A stretch of 64,000 bases of DNA from Balamuthia mandrillaris (taxonomy: Eukaryota), in the NCBI GenBank assembly GCA_031835245.2, contig JAVKOQ020000016.1, positions 124,001-188,000 of the forward strand. The letters run 5' to 3'. Below the pieces are notes generated by a model. It saw only the letters and a program-made list of their open reading frames with translations. It was not told where the DNA came from and ran no database searches. Made by a program: the position numbers and the translations under genes. Shown here piece by piece: positions 9,675-19,070 of the stretch. Each line of letters starts with the position of its first letter. Position 1 is the first letter of the stretch.

Positions 9675-9984
9675 GTTTGTGTTGTTTTTTGTTTTTTGTT
9701 TTTTTTTGTTTATCGCTGTAAATAAAAGTTAACTTAACCTTTATTTCTTGGAAAAATGAAGTTGGTGCCAGATCCTAAAAATAATGTACTAAAATTATTT
9801 CACCCAATTTTCCCTGTTTTTCACTATCAAATCGTCGACAAAAATACATTCTTGTCGACCAGGAACTGGCACTCTTGCAGTGATACGCAACAATCACTTT
9901 TTTTATTTTTGGGCCTTCGCCGTCATACAAATAACGCACAAAAAAATATATATATATATAAACCATTGCACAACTCCACAAACA

Positions 9985-10520
9985 ACTCCACACATGCACA
10001 TCACTAGGCGGGGGGGCTCGGCCCGAGCGAACGCAGCGCGTAAACGTAAACGGGCGGTGCGCGCGGTGGGTCTTTGCCTCCAAATGAGTACTCTCTGCCG
10101 CATGTCCATTACTACCTCCATCCTCCTTTTCTATTTTTTTTTTTTTCGGAGAGTGTAGGTAGTGATGGACATGTGGCGGGCAAAGGCGAGTCTCGCTCAT
10201 TCTCGCGACTCTCTGCTACTGTTTTTGTTTGAGGTATGTCGTCTCTAGCCATACATTGATCGTCCTCTGTTTTTTTTTCTTTTACCATCCTCTAGATGTC
10301 CTTTCCTTGTTTCCTGCTGCGATGTGGATTTCATCCTCTCGAACTGCTCGTCCATGCATCTCCACATCCCTCTCTGATCTGATGATGGGCCAACCATTGG
10401 CAATCGACCAAGCCAGCCCACGAGATAGAAAAGAGGTTCGGGGGAGGGCACTCCCCCCTCCACACGCTCTTCACAGCTCTCCACGATTTGAATTAGCTTT
10501 CCCTTTAGTATTCTTCATCG
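9985..10520 (+). ncRNA. Candidate spliced structured non-coding transcript (pri-miRNA-like); boundaries approximate
   Basis: TATA-like (TA)nAA at 9946-9962; 23-bp stem 10095-10117/10157-10179 with 3 G-U pairs; GT-AG intron 10234-10295; no credible ORF. Confidence 0.45.
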
Positions 10521-10933
10521 TGGCTGTTGCCCTACACCGTGGTGTTTTTTTGTTTCTAGGGAGGCACCCATTGGTTGCTCCATCCATCCCTTTCTCTCTT
10601 CTCTCTTTTCTGTTTGGCCTGCACCACAAGGTCCATGCATGCCTGTGCAAGAGAGACAGATCGTGTTCGCACACATAGGGCGAAAAAAAAAAAGAGGACG
10701 CCGTTGGCGAGGTTCGAACCCCATCCCCTTCATGGATTGTGTTGCCGGATGAAATATCGCAGAAGAATTGCTTGAAAAGGAATCTTATACCAAATACGGT
10801 AACTTCCTTAAACCCACCTTTTTTTTTTGTTTTCGTGAGAAAGAAAGAAAAAAAAGTAGCGAAGAAGGAAGACGTAGCAGAGCTCATCGCAATCGCCAAC
10901 CCTTTTTACGCGCACAGCCAACAAAGCAAAGTC

Positions 10934-11317
10934 ATGGAAGGTAGCAGCAGCGTTGAACACTTTCCAGAGATCAAGAAAATTGAGTATGAAGGTTTGAAAT
11001 GGTTTTTGCTTCCGCTTCCATCCAGTATGATTCATGACGATTGGAACCCGTTTAAAACAAACCTGCAGGCCCAAAGTCGAAGAATCCTTTGGCCTTTCGC
11101 TTCTACAATCCTGAGCAGGTGGTGATGGGCAAGACCATGAAGGAGTGGCTGCGCTTTTCAGTGTGTTACTGGCACACCTGGCGTGGCGGCGGCATGGACA
11201 TGTTTGGCCCTGCCACCATGAAGCGCTCTTGGTACGCTTATCGACCTATTTTTTGCTTCACTTGTTTGTTTGATTGTTTGTTGTCTTAATCCTTCCTCCA
11301 TTCTGATCTTGTGTTAT

Positions 11318-11359
<42 letters not shown>

Positions 11360-13039
11360 ACAGGGATGACGGTTCAAACTCGTTGGAAACGGCGCTCAGG
11401 ATCGTGGACGTCCACTTTGAGTTCTTGGAGAAGCTCGGCGTGGAGTACTTTTGCTTCCACGACCGCGACATTGCTCCCGAGGGCAAGACCCTGGAGGAGA
11501 CCAACAAGAACTTGGACGTGGTGGTGGCCAAGATCAAGCAGAAGCTACAGGAGTCCAACGGCAAGTTCAAGGTCCTTTGGGGCACTGCCAACCTGTTCTC
11601 TGCTGTCAGGTACATGAACGGTGCTGCCACTAACCCGGACGCGCATGTCTTTGCTTATGCGGCTGCTCAGGTGCCTCCTCCTCCCTCATGTCCTTTGTTC
11701 GCTCTTCTCCGCTTTCTCTTCTCTCTAGTCCCTATTCTTGCTTATCTTCAAGCATGCTTACAATTCTTTCAAACTATTCAACAAAAACAGGTGAAGAAAG
11801 CTCTGGAGATCTCCAAAGAGTTGGGTGCCGAGTGCTATGTCTTCTGGGGTGGAAGGGAGGGTTATTTTACGCTTCTCAACACTGACATGAGAAAGGATCT
11901 GGACCACTACGCCCGATTCCTCCAGATGGCTGTGGTGCGTCTCAAATGATATTCTTCTCTGCTTCTATGCGTCTCTCCTCCCATTCATTTTTTTTGATTC
12001 TCGCCCTTTCTTTTGCATATAGGATTACAAGAAGGAGATTGGCTTTACTGGCCAATTCCTGATTGAGCCCAAGCCCCGTGAACCCACCAAACATCAGTAT
12101 GACTATGACTGCGCTGCCGTCATGGCCTTCCTCAAGCAGTACGGACTAGAGAGGGAGTTCAAGCTCAACATTGAAGCCAACCACTGCACCCTCGCTGGTC
12201 ACACCTTTGAGCACGAACTCCAATATGCCTCGGCCTATGGCCTGCTTGGAAGGTACCTAATTACTTTTTTTCTATAGCCTGTTTCTCTCTCTCTCTCTCT
12301 CTCGTCTTGCATCACTTTCTCACATGCCCTTCTCCGTTTATTCTCTGCGTCTTCTCCTTTCCCTTTTTGCTATCTGTGCTCTTCTTTTTCCAACATAAAA
12401 TAGCGTTGACGCCAACACGGGTGACCCATTGCTGGGCTGGGACACTGATCAGTTCAACACCGATATCAAGAGCTGCACTTTGGCCATGGAGGTCATCCTC
12501 CGCCAGAACGGCCTCAACCCGGGCGGTCTCAACTTTGACTGCAAGCTGCGCAGGGAGTCCACCGACCTGGAGGACCTCTTCATTGGTACTAGCATTGTTT
12601 TGTTATCTTTTTCGTTTTCTTAAAGCTTGTTTTCTTCTTTCTTGTCGTTCCTTTCTTCGGCTCTTTTAATGCGTTCTTGTTCTTTCGTCTCGTCTGTCTG
12701 ATTTCTTTCTGTACTGCTTTATTCTGTTCTTATCTTTATCATTATCTAACTTATTGTTTCTTCTTGCTACTTCTTTTTCTTTTAGGCCACATAAGCGGTA
12801 TGGATACATTTGCTCGTGGGCTGCTGGCGGCTGCCGCCATCATCGAGGAAGGCACACTCCCCGCCCTCCGCCGCGAGCGCTACGCCTCCTGGGAGGAGGA
12901 AGGCGGCATTGGGCGTAAGATCGAGGACGGCACCACCGACTTTAAGGAGCTGGAGGCCTGGGTGCTGAAAGCGGGAGAGCCCAAGCAAGTCTCTGGCAAG
13001 CAGGAGAAGTATGAGGTCTTGCTCAACACTTACATTTAA
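10934..13039 (+). CDS. xylA: Xylose isomerase (class II); 7 exons (10934-10991, 11069-11231, 11364-11670, 11791-11934, 12023-12252, 12404-12585, 12786-13039)
   Basis: Motifs [72 protein letters not shown] and SGKQE; all introns are GT-AG and preserve the frame. Confidence 0.97.
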
Positions 13040-13265
13040 ACACATTGCCAACACGATGAATACAGATGTAAGTTTCTTTCTGATGTTTCTTGTCGTTTCT
13101 TTTCTTTCTTCGTCCTTCTTGCAGCAAGAGAGAATGGAATGGACATGGAATGATCCTCAAAACCACACAAAAAAAAATCCATTTGAACAATCACACAAAC
13201 CAAAACAAATGAACAACCAAAAACGGCCAAGGGGAAGTGGGAAGGGCGCAGGCCAAAGCCCAATT

Positions 13266-13937
13266 TCACTCTCGTTGCCGTTTTTTCCCTTTGTCCTTGG
13301 AGGTATCGCCTTGCTCTTCCTCTTGCTCTTCCTCTTCCTCTTGTGCTTTAGCTTGCTGGCAGGCTCGGAGGATGTTTGCGTTGATCAGAGTGTCCACGTT
13401 GTTCTCCAGCAACGCGATTTTTTCGTTTTGGGCGGATATCACGCTGCTTTGGGCCTTGATGTCGTTGCGTAGCTGGGCATTGATGTCGTTTTGGGCCTTG
13501 ATGTGGTTGCGCAGCTCGGTGATGGTGTCGTTTTGGGCGGATATCACGCTGTTTTGGGCCTTGATGTCGTTGTTGAGTGTGTTTATTTGCTCGTCGCGCT
13601 GAGAGAGAGTTCTTTTGAGGGCAGAGAACTCCTCGCTGACCTTCAGGTTTGAAGTTTTGTTTTCGGCGACGATGGCTTCCAGGGCGGCCAGCCGTTGGTC
13701 GTAAACATATGTCTCATCGGCGTCCACCCGCTCGTACTCGATGGGCTCTGAATTTAGTTGAACGAACGTTTGAATAGAAATGCTTTCCCCAAGAAGGGAG
13801 GCAAGAGCTGCGGGAAGAAGGACCGGGTGCGTTTGAGAGAGCAGGGGTTCATCCCTTGTGTTTGTCCCTGATGTTTTGAGTCGCTTGGACGTGAAAGGGG
13901 TGCGACTACTCCTACGAGTAGGACGTTCTTCATCCAT
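13266..13937 (-). CDS. Hypothetical coiled-coil protein with NDIKAQ(N/S) heptad repeats
   Basis: Intronless ~223-aa ORF from ATG at 13937, with internal near-tandem DNA repeats at about 13425-13575. Confidence 0.6.
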   Translation of the reverse strand: MDEERPTRRSSRTPFTSKRLKTSGTNTRDEPLLSQTHPVLLPAALASLLGESISIQTFVQLNSEPIEYERVDADETYVYDQRLAALEAIVAENKTSNLKVSEEFSALKRTLSQRDEQINTLNNDIKAQNSVISAQNDTITELRNHIKAQNDINAQLRNDIKAQSSVISAQNEKIALLENNVDTLINANILRACQQAKAQEEEEEQEEEQGDTSKDKGKKRQRE

Positions 13938-14530
13938 TCTTGGAAGGCCAAACAAAAGAAAATGACTGTCAAAATAGCAGGTTTGGGTGGTTGCTTCTCT
14001 TGCCTCGCTACGTTGTTTTTCTCTCGCCGCTCGCTACCTTTTTTTTTCTTCGCTATACCTGTTTGTTTTACCAAACTTTCCGGTTATCCATCCACTCCTG
14101 ATGTTTCCCGCCACTCCGGCCGGTCCCCCTTATTGGCCCGGAGTGATCTGTAAGAGAGGGAAAACCTTTATATGGTAAAAAGCATGCATCCGTTTTTGTT
14201 TTTCGATTGGTGGTTTGAAAATTGTGTTTTACGATCAAACCTGTTTTTGTGCCAACAGGCAGATGGACAGAGAGGCGCCACCCCTTCAGGCGGAATAGGA
14301 CCTTCTCTCTCTATCCCTCTGTCTCAATCTGCAAGGCGAAGGCGAGGTGAAGCGGCCACGGTCATGGCGAAGAAGGAGCCAAAACAGCAGGGCAGGCGTG
14401 CAACCAATCCCAGGCTTTGCTCTGTAGTTTCACCCAATGCACTTTCCTTTCTCGACACACAATTTAAAAAAAAGGCTGGGGGCTTCGACAACATCAAAAG
14501 AACTGAGCAAAGACGACACTTTCGCACAAG

Positions 14531-15847
14531 ATGCAAAGCACGCAACACATCTCCAGGTGTTTATCCTTCTCATCATCCCTTTGTGAGAAAAAAAGGTTCG
14601 GCTCACATCTTTTTTGTTACACCAGCAGCAGTGGTAGCGGCCAGAGCAAAAGGTTGAGAGTGCTGAGCTTCAACATCCGCTTTGACAATCCAGCGGATGG
14701 CCTCAACCGATGGAGCCACCGAAGGGAGCGCGTCCGCAACCTCATTCGCTGGCACAGGCCTCACCTGCTGGGCCTCCAAGAGGTGCTTCACTCCCAGCTG
14801 AGGGACCTTGCGGAGGCTCTACAAGGAGAAGGAGGAGGCGGACCCTGCTATGAGTGGTATGGCGTGGGCAGAGAGGACGGGCAGAGCAAAGGGGAGTACT
14901 GTCCCATTTTCTACAGGAAGGACCGCTTTGAGCTTCACCAAAGCGAGGCAGGGAGCTTTGCTCTGTCGGAGACGCCTGAGCGCATTGGCTCGAAGAGTTG
15001 GAATACTGCTTGTACGTATGAGGGCTCTCTTCACGTTCTCTGTTTCTCCTCTCCTCTCGTGCTAGCGTTCTCTCGTTCTCTCGTTCTGTCTTCTCTATTC
15101 CTTTGCTTCTCTCGCTTGTTTCTTTTCTATTCCTGTTCTTCTTCTTCTTCTTCTTCTTCTTCTTCTTTTTCTTCTTGTTCTTCCTTCTCCTCCTCCTCTT
15201 CCTTCTCCTCCTCCCCCTCCTCCTCCTCCTCCTTTCGTCATCCTCGTCGCTTTTCCGTCTTCTTACAATCACATGGCATCCCTTTTGTGTTAACGCCCCG
15301 CTTTAAAGGCCCACGCATCTGTAGCTACGTGGTGCTTAAGGATCGCAAAACTGGAAGACTGGTCCTCTTCTTCAACACTCACTTGGACCATCGCAGCGCC
15401 CAGGCCAGGTGCAAAGGCGCTGAGCTCATTGTGCAAACTGCGTCGGGCCTGTACCACAACTTCCATCAGCGCAGCCCTTCTTCTCTCCCTCCAGTAGTTA
15501 TCATCACTGGGGACATGAATGTTCCGGAAGAGGATGCAGTGGTACAGAAAGTGTTTTGCAGCTCTGCTTCATCCCTTTCTCTCGTGAACGCAAGAGAGCG
15601 CTCTCTTTGGAGACATGGTTGCAGCGGCTCCTTCACTGGCTTTGACCCCCAACAAAGAACAATTGAGGAACAGGGAGATGAAGCTACCAACAGACGAAAC
15701 CTCATCGACCACATCTTTGTCAGCAATGAAGAGAAAGAGTTAGAAGGCGTTAAGGTGCTGAGCTATGCGGTTTTGCCGGATCACTATGATGGCAAATACG
15801 TTTCTGACCATCGACCAGTGGCAGTGGACTTGTTGCTTTCGTGTTAA
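14531..15847 (+). CDS. Endonuclease/exonuclease/phosphatase (EEP) family protein; intron 15012-15308
   Basis: Motifs VLSFNIR, LGLQEV, GEYCPIFYR, FNTHLDH, ITGDMN, IDHIF and SDHRPV. Confidence 0.9.
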   Translation: MQSTQHISRCLSFSSSLCEKKRFGSHLFCYTSSSGSGQSKRLRVLSFNIRFDNPADGLNRWSHRRERVRNLIRWHRPHLLGLQEVLHSQLRDLAEALQGEGGGGPCYEWYGVGREDGQSKGEYCPIFYRKDRFELHQSEAGSFALSETPERIGSKSWNTACTYEGSLHVLCFSSPLVLAFSRSLVLSSLFLCFSRLFLFYSCSSSSSSSSSSFSSCSSFSSSSSFSSSPSSSSSFRHPRRFSVFLQSHGIPFVLTPRFKGPRICSYVVLKDRKTGRLVLFFNTHLDHRSAQARCKGAELIVQTASGLYHNFHQRSPSSLPPVVIITGDMNVPEEDAVVQKVFCSSASSLSLVNARERSLWRHGCSGSFTGFDPQQRTIEEQGDEATNRRNLIDHIFVSNEEKELEGVKVLSYAVLPDHYDGKYVSDHRPVAVDLLLSC

Positions 15848-16038
15848 AGAGGAAGAGGGAGGGAGTGGGAGAAAAAGAGAGGGAGGACAAGAAAAAAAAA
15901 AGTTTACAAGTACAGTCTTTGTTCGTTTTGCAGGAAGAATAAGTGGAGAAGGAAGAGGCTCTAACATACAACGAAATGAAGCAAACCAAACATAAAAACA
16001 ACCAATGAACCGACCGTTGAGATCTTCTTCTCCTTCTT

Positions 16039-18325
16039 TCAAGTGTCTTTGCGGCGACCGTTGGAGGAACGAAGACCACCTTTGGGAGGCAATGGAGGAG
16101 GAGTGGACGGCGGAGGAGAGGAAGGCAGCGAAGAAGTTGAGGAAGTAGGAGAACTGGGAATATCTCTCGGGCTCGTTGTGCCGATGCCCTTCAGCGCGAG
16201 TTTTTCCTGTAGCTCCGCCACCGAATAGCCGGAGCGCGGAAGAGTGGGCGTGGATCTGGACAGCGGGGAGCTTAACGTGCCATAAGCCGAGGGTGTGGAG
16301 GCCTTTCGTCCATGTTGAATCGTACTGCCGCCTACAGGGCCTCCAACCCCGCTGCCGGACGACGGAGAAGAAGGAGCAGGGGAAGAAGGACCCGATAAAG
16401 GAGAAGAAGGAGAAGAAGAGTACATCATGGACATTGGTCGAGTACCGTCTGATGCGCGACGAGGGCTTGAGGTATCTGCATTGGCTATTGTTGCGGCGGA
16501 TTGGGAGGGAGGGGAACCTCCGCCGCTGCTGTAAACATTTCGAAGGTCAGGAGAAGACACCGAACCGCTCATCATCAACGCCAGTGGAGTTGGCACTCGT
16601 GTGTTGCTTGTAGGAGGCTGACCACGAGGAGAGATCGGAGGAGAAGGGCCGGTGGAGGGAGGAGGAGAGGCTACGGGAGAGGAGTTGGCGCTGGAGAAGG
16701 GCAGGGTGGGGCGTGGGGGACGTGAGGGCTTGCGATAGCTCGAGTTTCCTATTTCTGGTACGCCGCCTCCTCCCCACGTTACTGTTGGTTTTTTTGAATG
16801 AAGAGTCGGTAATGTGAGAAAAGAGCAAAGAGGACAGAAACAATAGTATAAGAAGATAGCATTACCTCCACGATTGGCTCTCCTCTTGATCTTCTTCAAG
16901 ACTAACGGCTGCGATGCAGTCATCGTAACAGGCTCCCACTGCGCAGGCGAATTGCTGCCGCTATTATTACCGTTGAACGACGAAGAAGAACTGCTTTTGT
17001 TCTCTTTCTTGACGCGCATGGGAGAGTATGAGCTGCAGAGAGATTCCCTGTTGGCGGGCGGAGGCACCGCTTGGCATCCGTTTGGCACGTTGGGAGGCCC
17101 GTTCGGCTGCGATGGTCTTCCTTTTCGTACTCTTCCTCCTATTTTTTTTTTAATGGTTTGTTAGCTTCCGTTCTTTTTTTTTTTTTCATCTTCTCATTTT
17201 CTTTCTTCTCCAACAACGAAAAGAAGTACTTAGAAGACAAAGCGTACCAATACTTCGAACTTGACTAGCTTTCACTTTTTTGAGATAGGAGTTTGGTCCA
17301 CAAAACTGGACGATGTATCTCCTCCGATCCACAGCCACAAGCATCTTCCCAGAGGATGAAGAGCTCACCAAGCTCTTTTTCCTCTTCTTCTCCGTCTCGT
17401 TCTCCTTCTTCTTTTTCACTCTCATTGCCACCACCCCTCTTTGCGAGGAGGAGGGAGAGGAGTAAGTGCTAGCTTTGTTGTTGCTGTTCTTGTTTTTACT
17501 CTTCATTTTTTGGGTGATTGTCTTCACTTTTTTGGAGGAGTTGCTTGAGGCGTTGCTGTTCTTTCGTGGAGAGCGACTTTGTTTTCTTTCCGTTGTTGTT
17601 GGTGTTGAGGCTGTGGTGATAATGGAAGAGGAGGACGAGGAAAGTTCTTCGGCAGCTTCGTCCTCGTCTTCGTCCTCATTTTCGGTTTTGATGGAAGAAG
17701 AAGAGGAGGTTGGTGTTGCGGCGTTGTTAGCTTCAGTCTCTTCCTCTGGTTTGTTGTTCTCGTCTTGTACTTGTTGTTGCGTCGTTTCTTGTTCTTTTTT
17801 GTCTTCCGCTTTTTCGTTTTCCTTACCCTCTTCTCCTTCTTCGTTAACTTTCTGCTCTCCTTCATTCCTTTCTGTTTGTTCATCTTTTTGTCCTTCTTCG
17901 ACTTGTCCTTCTACTTTCTCTTTTTTATCTTGTTGTTGTTGTTGTTGGTCTTGTTCTTGTGGTTGAGGTTGTGCTGGTTGTTTCTTTCTCTTCCTTCTTT
18001 TGAGGACTTCCAAGATGAAGGCCTCGTAATATTTCCCATCTTCATGTTTGGCCTCCACTTTGTCCCCTCTTCTCAATTTGGGCACAAAGAGATGCACAAA
18101 CACGTCCTCTTCCACTTCCTGCTCCTCGTCCTCATCATCCACCACGTCTTCCTCTTCTTCGTCGGTCTCCGTGCCCTCCGTTCCAAAGGACCTTTCGCTG
18201 ATGCTCAGCCCAGAGTCATCCTCGGTGAGATCTTTGGACTCGGAGTCAGACCGAGGGGAAGGGAGTTCAACGGAGGTTTGCCCAGAGAGACGTAATGGCG
18301 GCTGTGTTGCCGAAGCAGTCTCCAT
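16039..18325 (-). CDS. Tudor-like-domain protein with long low-complexity regions; exons 18325-17248, 17138-16866, 16781-16039
   Basis: LRRGDKVEAKHEDGKYYEAFILEV and YIVQFCG...VKASQVRSI resemble the two halves of a Tudor fold. Phase-1 GT-AG introns link the ORFs. Confidence 0.65.
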
Positions 18326-18438
18326 CTCGCGGCTTATTTTTTTTTTTTTTTTGTTCGAACAAAATGCCTTTTCCTCCGCTCCTTGTGGTCCTTTCGTTAT
18401 GGTGTCGCTCAGCATTACATGATTTAACGTCGACTAAT

Positions 18439-18554
18439 TGACCAACGCGCAATGGTTTGGTTTGGCGGCAGTCCTTTTTTCTCCGCTAAAAGTAGCAGGG
18501 AATCGCAGGGACTTTTTCCGCTGGCCTTTGCTACCTTGCCATTTCTTTTCAGTC
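18439..18554 (-). repeat. Dispersed ~120-nt structured repeat, copy 1
   Basis: Shares the blocks GCAATGGTT, GTTTGGCGG, AAAAGTAGCAGGGAA, CCTTGCCATTTC and TTTCAGTC, in the same order, with 27865-27991. Confidence 0.8.
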
Positions 18555-19070
18555 CATTCATTAACACCAAAGTCGACAAATAAAAACGGGGTTTCGGAGT
18601 TCATTTGATCTCCCAATCGAAAACCAAAAAGGCACTTGTCGACAACAAACGAAATCTGATCGAAAATAAAATTTTAACACTCATTTTTTGAAATTCTTAA
18701 ACTTTTTTTCAAATTTCGCGCACAACAAAAAAAAATAAAAAGAAGTGAAAAAAAAAAGGGGGGGAGAGCCGAAAAAGAAAAATAAATAAACCAAGGGGAG
18801 CGAAACAAGGTAGTGCACCAGAGATCAAAGGATCATCCCCCCCTTCTTCTCTTAGTTGTTGCTTGCATCGGTGTTTTTTTTTTTTGGTGTGTACACTTGG
18901 TGTGTTTTTTTTTAACTTATGGAGTCTATGTTTTCGTGTGTCTAGTGTTGTCCTCTCTTCCTCCGCATCTTCTAATGTTCTATCGGTCACACTACACTTT
19001 TTCTTATTATTGTTATTGTGTCATCCCAATAGAGCTTCCCCCTTTGTGATTCGATTTTCAATCAACAACC

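Larger units (their letters stand above)
7847..9882. mobile_element. DNA transposon of the RAG1/Transib/CMC clan, probably internally deleted (non-autonomous), 2036 bp
   Basis: Termini CACTGCA (7847-7853) and TGCAGTG (9876-9882), both flanked by AT. Subterminal motif GTGCCAGNTCCT occurs three times (7882-7893 rc, 9765-9776, 9861-9872 rc). Encloses a RAG1-like ORF. Confidence 0.7.

Noticed and set aside
7842..9887. 5-bp target-site duplication of Transib/RAG type
   Set aside because: The flanks CTTAT and ATACG do not match; only a 2-bp AT is shared.
9961..10060. Telomerase, SRP or RNase P/MRP RNA
   Set aside because: No CUAACCCU template, SRP helix-8 motif or P4 consensus recognised, and an internal poly-T excludes Pol III transcription.
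10697..10780. tRNA gene
   Set aside because: Only a B-box/T-loop is present; no cloverleaf can be formed on either strand.
10934..13039. Bacterial contaminant contig (xylA, EEP and SDR look bacterial)
   Set aside because: All carry spliceosomal introns and sit among eukaryote-specific genes.
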